Made by a program: the position numbers and the translations under genes. 29,189 nt of DNA, from assembly GCA_964553935.1 (NCBI GenBank), contig CAZKNC010000001.1:1-29189 (forward strand). Reading direction: 5' to 3'. This document shows, piece by piece, positions 17,225-25,863 of the stretch (positions within the stretch are counted from its first letter, which is position 1; each line of letters starts with the position of its first letter). The notes under the pieces were generated by a model. The model had not been told where the DNA came from. It worked only from the letters and a program-made list of their open reading frames with translations, and did not search any database. The stretch comes from an uncultured Planctomycetia bacterium. GTDB lineage: Bacteria; Omnitrophota; Gorgyraeia; 1-14-0-20-64-10.

Positions 17225-18433
17225 ATGCTTAAACGTCTCCGTGTCATTCTGATTTTCGGCTTGGTTCTTTTCGGGGGATTTGTCCTCGTCAATGGGCTGC
17301 TGCCTAAACTGCTCCAGGGGCCCCAGGTGACCCGCTTGCCGCCGGGAGTCCGGCCGGCCGGGGCCCCCACCGTTTCCGAGGATGCTTTGCCGATCCCGGT
17401 GCGGATTTTTAAAGCCGCGCGGATCGAATTCACCGATCTCCTGCCGGTTTTGGGGACCGTGCGGGGCCAGTCGGAAGTGGAGCTGAAGTTCGAGGTCAAT
17501 GGCACGCTCAAGAACTTGGATTTCCGGGAAGGGGATCTGGTTAAAAAAGGGCACGTGATGGCAATCCTGGACGACAAAGAGCCGCAGCTGAAGCTGGAGT
17601 ACGCCGAGTCCAAGAAACAGACGGCGCAGGCCCAGCTGAAGCTGGCCCAAAAACGGCTTTCGGTGAACGAACAGCTCTACCGGCTGGGAGCGATCATCCT
17701 GCCGAAGCTGGAAGAATCTCAGATCGAGGTTGAACAGGCCCAGACGCAGGTGGAAACGGCCGTCAAAGAGGCCAACATCGCCCGGAACGACATCGCTCGC
17801 ACTGTTCTGAAAGCTCCCATGGACGGAGTGGTCGGCACGCGGCAGGTTGAGGCGGGGGAATACGTCAGCCCTCAGTCGGTGATCGCCACGCTGATGGAGG
17901 TCAGCTCGGTCTTCGTCGAGGTGGGAATCATCGAGCGGGACATCGAGCGGATCCGGCTGGGACAGCGGGTGAAGGTCACGGTCGATTCTCTGCCGAACAC
18001 GACCTTTGAAGGGCGGGTCGACAACCTGGCTCCGCTGATCGAAGGGAAGTCCCGCACGCTCACCGCGAAAGTGAAGGTGGAGAACGCGCAGGGACAGCTC
18101 CTGCCGGGCATGTTCGCCCGCTGCGACATCGCGGTGTTCGAAAAACCGGACGCATTGGTCGTTCCGACCGCCGCGCTCAAGGATGCGGACGGGGATGGCA
18201 AGTTCGAATCGGTCTTCGTGATTCAAGAGGAGAAAGCGGTCTTAAAGCCGATCACGCTGGGCTACCTCACCACCGATTACGCGGAAATCACGCAGGGGAT
18301 TCAGGAAGAAGAGCAGGTGGTGACCGAAGCCCGCGGCAACCTGAAAGAGGGATCCGCCGTCACCTTCCTCGAGGAAGAGGAGGCGGCGTTCCAGCGAACC
18401 GAACCGGACGCGGGCCAGGAGGGTCCGCGGTAA
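17225..18433 (+). CDS. RND efflux periplasmic adaptor (membrane fusion protein)
   Basis: N-terminal TM anchor, lipoyl halves (FEVNGTLKNLDFREGDLVKKG; LKAPMDGVV), an alpha-hairpin and LLPGMFA. Confidence 0.93.
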   Translation: MLKRLRVILIFGLVLFGGFVLVNGLLPKLLQGPQVTRLPPGVRPAGAPTVSEDALPIPVRIFKAARIEFTDLLPVLGTVRGQSEVELKFEVNGTLKNLDFREGDLVKKGHVMAILDDKEPQLKLEYAESKKQTAQAQLKLAQKRLSVNEQLYRLGAIILPKLEESQIEVEQAQTQVETAVKEANIARNDIARTVLKAPMDGVVGTRQVEAGEYVSPQSVIATLMEVSSVFVEVGIIERDIERIRLGQRVKVTVDSLPNTTFEGRVDNLAPLIEGKSRTLTAKVKVENAQGQLLPGMFARCDIAVFEKPDALVVPTAALKDADGDGKFESVFVIQEEKAVLKPITLGYLTTDYAEITQGIQEEEQVVTEARGNLKEGSAVTFLEEEEAAFQRTEPDAGQEGPR

Positions 18434-18437
18434 ACGG

Positions 18438-21400
18438 ATGAGTCTGACCCGCGCCAGCATTCGCCGGCCCGTCACGACCGTCATGATGGTCCTGGGGGTC
18501 GTCCTCCTGGGCGTCATCGCCTGGACCCGTCTGCCCCAAGAACTGTACCCGCCGATCAATTACCCGCAGTTGACCGTCGTGACCCGCTACAAGGACGCGG
18601 CTCCCGAAGAGATCGAACTGCTGGTCACCAAACCGATTGAAGAAGTGGTCGGCACGGTCTCGGGTCTGCGCCGGATCAGCTCCATCTCGAAGGAAGAGAT
18701 GTCCCTCGTCATTGCGGAATTCAACTGGGATACGCAGATGGATTTCGCGGCGCTGGGCGTGCGGGAGAAAATCGACCTGATTAAAGAACGCCTCCCTCGT
18801 GGTTCGGAAGACCCGGTGGTCATCAAATACAACCCCTTCGAACTTCCGGTGATCGTGCTGAATCTTTCCGGAGAACGCCATCCCCACGAACTTCTGACCC
18901 TCGCCCGCAAGCAGGTCAAGATTGAGCTGGAAAAACTGGAAGGGGTCGCTGTGGTCAACCTTTCCGGCGGGCTGGAGCGGGAGATTCTGATCGAGGTGGA
19001 CCAGGGCCGCCTGCAGGCGGCCGGCCTGCCTATTTCCCACGTGGTTGACGGACTTTCCAAAGCCAACCTCCATTATCCGGCCGGCACCATCAAGGAGGCG
19101 TTCTACGAATACCTCATCCGGACGATGGGGGAATTCTCGCTGGTTCGGGAAATCCCCGGCATCGCCGTGGGCGTGGATGAGAAAAAGGACGACCCGGAGA
19201 AGGAGTTCCAGAAACGGATGGAACGGCAGGGCCCTCTGGAGAAAGAAAAGGGGCTGGGCCCCCAACAGCGCCTCATCCTGCTCAAGGATGTGGCGACCGT
19301 CAAAGACACTTATCGCGATCGGGATTCCATTTCCCGCTACAAAGGCCGGGACAATGTCAGTTTGAGCATCCAAAAGCAGTCGGGCGCCAATACCCTTCAG
19401 TTGGCCAAGCAGGTGAAAGAGGCCCTCGGCCGGATCCGCCAATCGCTTCCTCCCGGCATTGAGCTCAGCGTGGCTTACGATCAATCGCTGGCCATCGAGA
19501 GCTCGGTCAACGGGGTTTTGATCGAAGCCCTGCAGGGCGGCGCGCTCGCGTTCGGGATTTTATTCCTGATCCTGGGCAATCTCTGGTCCGCGATCAATGT
19601 GTCGTTCGCGATTCCGATTTCGATCATGGCGACGATCGCTCTCATGTATTTCAGCGGGATCACCATCAACGTGATCTCCATGGGCGGGCTCGCTCTGGGG
19701 ATCGGTATGCTGGTCGACGCCGGCATCGTGGTCGTGGAAAACGTTTCCCGTTACCGAGAGAAAGGAGTTCCTCCCCGCGAAGCGGCCATCGAAGGAACCG
19801 CGGAGGTGGCCAGCGCGATCGGCGGGTCGGTCTTGACCACCATCGTGGTTTTCCTGCCGATGGTGTTCGTGGTCGGCATCGCCGGCCAGTTGTTCAAAGA
19901 GCTGGCCTATACCGTCACCTTCGCTCTGCTGGCCAGCTGGGTGGTTTCCCTGACGCTGACCGCATTGTTTGCTTCCAAGTACCGCGGTTCAGGACGGAGC
20001 CGTTCTCCCATCGAGCCGATTCTGCAGCGGCTCTACCGGGCGGACCAACGCGCGGTCCAGTGGTTTCTGCGCAACCGGATGGTGGGCGCAGCGGCGATGG
20101 TCGTCCTGCTGGTGGCGTCCCTCGTGGTTCTCAAAGGGCTGGACCGCGAGGTATTGCCGCGAGTCGATCAGGGCCAATTCATTCTCCGTGTGGATCTTCC
20201 CCCCGGCACCCGCTTGGACGTCACGAATCGGGTGGCGACCCGGGTGGAGAGGGTCCTGCAGGCCATGCCGGAGGTGCGGGACCTGACGGTCACGATCGGT
20301 TCCTCCAAAGAAAAAAGAGCCGAAGAGCTTCTGGAAACCCTGGGTTCTCACCAATCTCAGATCCTGGTGAATCTTTTTGGAAAACCCCAGCGCACCCGGA
20401 AAACGGCGGAAGTCGTCCAGGAGCTGAAGGAGACCTTGGGCCGGGAACCTCTGGAAGGAGCCGAAATCGAGTACCTTCTTCAAGAGTCGATTTTTAAATC
20501 AGCTTTCCTGGCCGGGGCGCCGGTGGTGGTGGAGGTCAAAGGGACGGACCTGGGCCGGTTGGAGACGCTGGCCCTCGGTATGCGCAAGGAGATGGAAGCG
20601 GTTCCCGGATTGTACGGCGTAAAAACCAGTTTGATCCCGCCCTCTCCCGAAACCAAAGTCCGAGTTTTGAAAGACCGGGCCGCTACCTATCATCTTTCGG
20701 TCAGCGACGTGGCGCTCACCGCGCAGACCGCCTTCAAGGGATTCATCGCCACCAAATTCAAGGAGGAAGGCAAAGAAATCGACGTGCGGGTCCGCCTGCG
20801 GGAGCAGGATCGCCGAGATATGAGCCGGATCCGGCAGATGCTGGTTCACTCTCCGCTGGAGATCGACGTGCCGCTGGCGGAAGTGGCTTACCTCTCTCTC
20901 GGAAAAGGTCCGACGGAAATCCGGCGCATGGATCAACAAAGGACCGTGCTGGTTTCCGGGCAGGTTGCGCGCAGGGCGCTCAGCGACGTCCTGAAAGATG
21001 TCGAAGCTGTTTTGAAGAAAGACAAGGTTCCCACCGGCTACAGCGTGGCGATCACCGGAGAACGGGAAGAGATGCAGGAATCGTTTCGGTCCCTGATCTT
21101 CGCGCTGGCTCTCTCCATCCTCCTGGTTTACATGGTGATGGCCTCGGAGCTTGAATCGCTCTGGCAGCCGTTTCTCATTATGGTGACGATGCCGATGTCT
21201 CTGATCGGCGTGGCCCTTGGATTGTACGTGACGCACACGCCCATCAGCGTCATGGTGGGGCTGGGGATGATCGTCCTGGGCGGTGTGGTGGTGGATAACG
21301 GGATCGTGCTGGTGGAATTTATCAATGAACTGCGCCGGGAGGGAATGGGTTTGGAAGAGGCGGTGGCGGAGGCCAGCCGGATCCGGTTAAGACCGATCCT

Positions 21401-22124
21401 GCTCACCGCCGGGACCACGATTTTAGGACTGCTGCCCATGACGCTGGGCCTCCAACAAGGGGCCGAGCTTCAGATTCCCATGGGCGTCACGATGATGTGG
21501 GGTCTGGCCGTTTCGACGTTCTTGACGCTGATTTATCTTCCGACCGTTTACGTGATCGGCGCGCGATTCTTTGAGAGACTAGAGCGGGTGTTCCAGGTTT
21601 CACCCATGCCTGCGCCGGCGCTGCAGATGGCCGGTCCGCTTCCATCTGTTGAGACGGTTCCAGAACCGTATCAGGAGCCGCCTCCGAAAGAGCCGCCGAT
21701 GCCGGTTGAGCCGCTGCCGGCTCCCCCGGAGCCCTCTCCTGAACTTCCGGAAATTCCGGAGGGCTACGGGAGCGAGGAAGTTGTGACCGATCGCTCTGAT
21801 TTTCCGATTATTCTCCCGGGAGAAATCTTGCTTCCTCCGGAACCGCCCGTCGAGGAGGCCTTCGCCCCGCCGACGTTGCCGGAACCTTTATTTGAGGAGC
21901 CGCCGGAAGAAACCGTTCACCCTGCTAAAGTTCCACTCAACCCGCGCCAGGAAAAACTGCTGGAACATCTGAAAAGCCACGGGCGAATTTCCCGCAAGGA
22001 ATATGTCGAGCTGACAGGAGCTTCCGTTCCGACGGCCGCTCGCGACCTGAAGGAGCTGGTCGACCAGGGATGGGTCCGAGGCGTCGGTCCGCTGGCGCGG
22101 GGAAGATACTATGTCCTTGCCTGA
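18438..22124 (+). CDS. RND permease (AcrB/MdtB-like) with a C-terminal Pro/Glu-rich linker and winged-HTH
   Basis: RRPVTT, TM4 GMLVDAGIVVVEN, TM10 GVVVDNGIVLVE and RLRPILLT. The tail from ~21604 is Pro/Glu-rich, and LNPRQEKLL...DLKELVDQGWVRGVG begins at 21936. Confidence 0.93.
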   Translation: MSLTRASIRRPVTTVMMVLGVVLLGVIAWTRLPQELYPPINYPQLTVVTRYKDAAPEEIELLVTKPIEEVVGTVSGLRRISSISKEEMSLVIAEFNWDTQMDFAALGVREKIDLIKERLPRGSEDPVVIKYNPFELPVIVLNLSGERHPHELLTLARKQVKIELEKLEGVAVVNLSGGLEREILIEVDQGRLQAAGLPISHVVDGLSKANLHYPAGTIKEAFYEYLIRTMGEFSLVREIPGIAVGVDEKKDDPEKEFQKRMERQGPLEKEKGLGPQQRLILLKDVATVKDTYRDRDSISRYKGRDNVSLSIQKQSGANTLQLAKQVKEALGRIRQSLPPGIELSVAYDQSLAIESSVNGVLIEALQGGALAFGILFLILGNLWSAINVSFAIPISIMATIALMYFSGITINVISMGGLALGIGMLVDAGIVVVENVSRYREKGVPPREAAIEGTAEVASAIGGSVLTTIVVFLPMVFVVGIAGQLFKELAYTVTFALLASWVVSLTLTALFASKYRGSGRSRSPIEPILQRLYRADQRAVQWFLRNRMVGAAAMVVLLVASLVVLKGLDREVLPRVDQGQFILRVDLPPGTRLDVTNRVATRVERVLQAMPEVRDLTVTIGSSKEKRAEELLETLGSHQSQILVNLFGKPQRTRKTAEVVQELKETLGREPLEGAEIEYLLQESIFKSAFLAGAPVVVEVKGTDLGRLETLALGMRKEMEAVPGLYGVKTSLIPPSPETKVRVLKDRAATYHLSVSDVALTAQTAFKGFIATKFKEEGKEIDVRVRLREQDRRDMSRIRQMLVHSPLEIDVPLAEVAYLSLGKGPTEIRRMDQQRTVLVSGQVARRALSDVLKDVEAVLKKDKVPTGYSVAITGEREEMQESFRSLIFALALSILLVYMVMASELESLWQPFLIMVTMPMSLIGVALGLYVTHTPISVMVGLGMIVLGGVVVDNGIVLVEFINELRREGMGLEEAVAEASRIRLRPILLTAGTTILGLLPMTLGLQQGAELQIPMGVTMMWGLAVSTFLTLIYLPTVYVIGARFFERLERVFQVSPMPAPALQMAGPLPSVETVPEPYQEPPPKEPPMPVEPLPAPPEPSPELPEIPEGYGSEEVVTDRSDFPIILPGEILLPPEPPVEEAFAPPTLPEPLFEEPPEETVHPAKVPLNPRQEKLLEHLKSHGRISRKEYVELTGASVPTAARDLKELVDQGWVRGVGPLARGRYYVLA

Positions 22125-25100
22125 TGCTTCCATCCGCCGTCCGGTTACGGTCAGCATGGTTTGTCTGGCCCTGGCGGTCCTCGGCGGGATCTCGCTAAGC
22201 CGCCTGCCGATCGAGCTGTACCCCAACTTCAGTTTCGGCGACATCTCCATCATCATCAACATCCGCGGGGGTATGCCGCCCGAGGAGGTTGAAAACCAGG
22301 TGACCCGGCCCGTCGAAGACAACGTGGGAGACGTCAGCCACCTCAAGGATATGATCTCGATTTCCGAGGAAGGCCGCTCCCGCGTGGTGCTGACCTTCGA
22401 GCCGGGCACCGACATGGATTTCGCCGCCCTGGAGGTGAGGGAAAAGTTCTCGAAAGTCCGTTCGAAGCTTCCCAAAGAGATCGAAAAACCGATCATCGCG
22501 AAATTCGAGCAGGAAGACGTGCCGGTCCTGATCCTCGCGGTCACCGCGCCGGATTACACACCGGAGATGCTGCGCCGCCTCGTGGACGAGGAGATCAAAG
22601 ACCGGATCATGCGGGTGGAGGGGGTGGCCAACGTCGACGTCGGAGGGGGGCGGGAGAGGAAGATTCTCGTCGAGATCAATCTGGAAAAGCTCCAGGCATT
22701 CCGCCTGCCGGTGGACCGGGTCACCCGGCTCTTGAGCGTGAGCAATCTCAATATGCTGACCGGAGAGATGGACCGTTCCCGCAGCAAGTATCTGATTCGG
22801 GCCATCGGGGAGTTCGAATCCATCCGGGAAATCGAGGAGCTCGGAATCGCCGTTACCCCCTCCCGTTCGGTGATCCGCCTCAAGGATGTGGCGGTCGTGA
22901 AAGATTCGTTTCTCGAGGCCACAAGCTACGCCCGGGTCAACGCGCTGCCGGTGGTCTCTCTCTACATTCAGAAGGAGACGACCTCCAACACGGTGCAGGT
23001 GGTCGGCCGGGTGATGAAGGTCCTGGACCAGTTCAAGCAGGATCCCCGTTTGCCGAAGGAGCTTCGATTCATCGTGACCCACGATCAGTCCGTGCAGATC
23101 GTTCGGGCCATTGAACTGGTGGGATCGGCTCTCATCAGCGGCGGCACGCTGGCGATCCTGGTGCTGGGGGCTTTCTTTTCCACCCATTGGATTCCGCGGT
23201 TTTTATTCATTCCGTTGGCCGCCGCGGTGACCGCGCTGGCGGTCGCCACATACCGGTTTGGGGGCATTCCGGTCCACACGATCAACGGGCTGGTCAACGG
23301 TCTTCTGGCGGTGCTGCTGCTGACGGCGATCTTGTGGAAGCATCTGCGCCTGACTTTGATCGCCGCCATCGCTATTCCCGTGGCCACCATGATCACGTTC
23401 GGGTTCATGTTCTTTCTGAATCTGCTGGCCAAGAACGTCGGTTTCATGAGTTTGACGCTCAACGTGATGACGCTGGGCGGCCTGGCGCTGGGCGTGGGGA
23501 TGCTGGTGGATAACGCGGTCGTGGTCATCGACAACGTCGTCAAGCGCCGCGCGAAGGGCGAGAGCCCGCGGGCGGCGGCCGGGGAAGGAGCCGCCGAGAT
23601 GCTGCTGGCGATCGCGGCTTCGACCTTAACCACCGTCATCGTTTTCCTTCCGCTGGTGTTCATCAACAAAGAGATCCGGATTCTGTACATCGGTTTCGCG
23701 CTCACGATCTGTTTTTCCCTGCTGGCTTCGCTGGTGGTGGCCCTCTCGGTGGTGCCGCTCATGGCGTCCCGGATTTCTTTTCCGGTGGTGACGGCCGCTC
23801 CTTCCGGACGGGGCCGCGGGCTGAAGCTGAAGGAACGCTACCGCGGATTCGTGATCGGTGTTCTGCGCTGGCGCTGGGCGGTGGCGCTGTGCGTGTTTTT
23901 CCTGGCCGCGGCCGGATTTCAGATCTACCGGTCGATCCCGAAGGAGTTTTTAGGGACCGCCGAGGCCGAAGATTTCACGGTGTTCGTGGAGCTTCCCAGC
24001 GGCGCGAAGCTGGAAATCTCCGACGACGCGGTCGCCAAAATCGAGAAGATCCTGAAAGACGTTCCGGAGATCAAGTCGGTTTCCTCCCGCGTGGAGAAAT
24101 CCTCGTCCAAGATTTACGTCAAGCTGGTCCCGCTGGCCGAGCGATCCCGCTCAACCAAGGACGTGATTGATTCCCTGCGGCCTCCGGTCGAAGAGGTGGA
24201 GCGAGGATTCCGGGAAGCGTTCGTCTACTTTGAAGAGCCGCACGAGGTGGAGTCGAACGAGGTGATCCTGGAGATCTACGGGTGGGACTATGAGGTCTTA
24301 AACCAGCTGGCCGTGGAAATGCTTAAGAGGATGCAGGCGGTGCCCGGCTTGACGGATCTCAAGATCCGCTGGCGGAGGGGAAGGCCGGAATGGCTGGTTC
24401 GTGTGGACAAGATTAAAGCCGCCCGCTATGGGCTGTCGGTGGAGGAGGTCTCCCAGTCCCTTCACGCGCAGATGCGGGGTTTGCGGGCCACGCTGTATCA
24501 CACCGAGTCCAAGGAGGTTGAAGTCGTAACCCGGCTGGAAGAGGCCGACCGCGCCACGCTGGACAAGCTGCGCCGGATCACCTTCACGCTGCCCAGCCGG
24601 GAAGTCATCTTCTTGGAGCAGGTGGCGAAGCTGGAACCGGCCATCGGCCCCTCCAAGATCTGGCGCAAGAACAAACAGCGAATGATCCAGGTCAGCGCCA
24701 ACCGCGGGCGATACGCGTTCGGGGAAGCCGCGCAGAAGGTGTACGGCGCCATTCATGAGATGCCTTTCCCCGAAGATTACTACTGGCGGTTCGGGTCCAA
24801 TTACCAGAAACTGCTTCAAAACCAGAAAGAGCTTGCTCTGGCGCTCGTTCTTTCGGTGCTGCTCATTTTCCTGGTTTTGGCTTCTCTTTTTGAGTCCCTG
24901 ATCCAGCCCTTTATCGTGATGGTTGTTGTGCCTCTGGCGGCCTTTGGAGCTTTCCTGACGCTCCGATTGGCCCATCAAGCCCTTAATGTCGGAGCTTTAA
25001 TGGGGTTGATCCTTCTGGGCGGCGTGGTGGTGAACAACGCGATCATCCTGGTGGATGAAGTGAACCGTCTCCTAGGCAACGGCTATCGGGTTCGAAGGGC

Positions 25101-25374
25101 GGCGGTTTCGGCCGCGATCAGCCGGGTTCGGCCGATCGCTGTCACTTCTTTTACGACCATCCTGGGGCTGCTTCCGCTGGCGATGAGCCGGACTGAAGAA
25201 TCCAGTCTCTGGGCACCGATGGCTTTGGTGGTTATCGGTGGGATGACCGTATCAACTTTCTTAACCCCTATCGTCGTCCCGTCTCTCTACCTGGTTTTAG
25301 ATGATCTTAAACGGATTACCCATCTGATACGGTTTAAAAAGAAGCCAAACGCTTTGCCTGTAACAGTATCATAA
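22111..25374 (+). CDS. Second RND permease (AcrB/MdtC-like) with an extra hydrophobic insertion after TM2
   Basis: RRPVTV, GMLVDNAVVVIDN, GVVVNNAIILVD and RVRPIAVT; 14-nt overlap with the first permease. Confidence 0.93.
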   Translation: MSLPDASIRRPVTVSMVCLALAVLGGISLSRLPIELYPNFSFGDISIIINIRGGMPPEEVENQVTRPVEDNVGDVSHLKDMISISEEGRSRVVLTFEPGTDMDFAALEVREKFSKVRSKLPKEIEKPIIAKFEQEDVPVLILAVTAPDYTPEMLRRLVDEEIKDRIMRVEGVANVDVGGGRERKILVEINLEKLQAFRLPVDRVTRLLSVSNLNMLTGEMDRSRSKYLIRAIGEFESIREIEELGIAVTPSRSVIRLKDVAVVKDSFLEATSYARVNALPVVSLYIQKETTSNTVQVVGRVMKVLDQFKQDPRLPKELRFIVTHDQSVQIVRAIELVGSALISGGTLAILVLGAFFSTHWIPRFLFIPLAAAVTALAVATYRFGGIPVHTINGLVNGLLAVLLLTAILWKHLRLTLIAAIAIPVATMITFGFMFFLNLLAKNVGFMSLTLNVMTLGGLALGVGMLVDNAVVVIDNVVKRRAKGESPRAAAGEGAAEMLLAIAASTLTTVIVFLPLVFINKEIRILYIGFALTICFSLLASLVVALSVVPLMASRISFPVVTAAPSGRGRGLKLKERYRGFVIGVLRWRWAVALCVFFLAAAGFQIYRSIPKEFLGTAEAEDFTVFVELPSGAKLEISDDAVAKIEKILKDVPEIKSVSSRVEKSSSKIYVKLVPLAERSRSTKDVIDSLRPPVEEVERGFREAFVYFEEPHEVESNEVILEIYGWDYEVLNQLAVEMLKRMQAVPGLTDLKIRWRRGRPEWLVRVDKIKAARYGLSVEEVSQSLHAQMRGLRATLYHTESKEVEVVTRLEEADRATLDKLRRITFTLPSREVIFLEQVAKLEPAIGPSKIWRKNKQRMIQVSANRGRYAFGEAAQKVYGAIHEMPFPEDYYWRFGSNYQKLLQNQKELALALVLSVLLIFLVLASLFESLIQPFIVMVVVPLAAFGAFLTLRLAHQALNVGALMGLILLGGVVVNNAIILVDEVNRLLGNGYRVRRAAVSAAISRVRPIAVTSFTTILGLLPLAMSRTEESSLWAPMALVVIGGMTVSTFLTPIVVPSLYLVLDDLKRITHLIRFKKKPNALPVTVS

Positions 25375-25501
25375 CCATCTCAATTAAGAATACCATCCTC
25401 GCTTAATTAGGCACTATAAGCCATCCATTCTGAAGCCCTATGAATTGTACTTAAATAAGTAATTATATAAAGTCAGTTAAAATATCTAATATAAGGAAGT
25501 C

Positions 25502-25531
25502 TTGACGATCGAAATGTGTGGATGGTATATT
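25502..25531 (+). promoter_or_regulatory. Candidate distal sigma70 promoter upstream of the riboswitch
   Basis: TTGACG (25502-25507), 18-nt spacer, extended -10 TG-g-TATATT (25523-25531). Confidence 0.5.
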
Positions 25532-25679
25532 TACACTGTCGGTCAAACGCAAGGGGGGAACAGGGATGAATTCTCATTTCATGGAACTCCGCAATTGCTT
25601 TGGTTTTAAAGGCCTCTTTTCAGTGCTGAAGGGGTTTTCTTTCGGCCATTTTGTTATGACATTGGAAAAGTATTTGAGC

Positions 25680-25709
25680 TTGATTTTATATCCAATACGC
25701 AGTTATGAT
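25680..25709 (+). promoter_or_regulatory. Candidate proximal sigma70 promoter that would start transcription just 5' of the aptamer
   Basis: TTGATT (25680-25685), 18-nt spacer, TATGAT (25704-25709); predicted +1 about 10 nt before the aptamer. Confidence 0.45.
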
Positions 25710-25725
25710 TTAGAAGTTCTACTCC

Positions 25726-25821
25726 CCGATAAAGGCAAACTCGCCGTGAGGCGAGGGCGCAAAGCCACGGATCCCGGATTCTTTAGTATTTTAGAGAATG
25801 GCGGGACAGCCGGGTTGCCGA
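25726..25821 (+). ncRNA. Cyclic di-GMP-I (GEMM) riboswitch aptamer
   Basis: AAAGGCAAAC, P2 stem CTCGCC-GTGA-GGCGAG with a GNRA loop, GGCGCAAAGCCACGG, an extended P3, and GACAGCCGGGTTGCCGA. All match the GEMM-I consensus as I know it. Confidence 0.88.
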
Positions 25822-25863
25822 CTAAAGGATAAAACCAGAAGGAACGGATGAGTCGACAGCCCG

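Noticed and set aside
21650-21673. Imperfect palindrome TGAGACGGTTC-CA-GAACCGTATCA sharing the promoter motif, inside the RND1 linker
   Set aside because: It is explained by V-E-T-V-P-E-P-Y codons, and the same 9-mer occurs in other coding regions; it would matter only if conserved at synonymous sites.
25518-25832. 104-aa ORF in the intergenic region
   Set aside because: AT-rich with atypical composition, no recognisable motif, and it runs through promoter candidates and the riboswitch aptamer.
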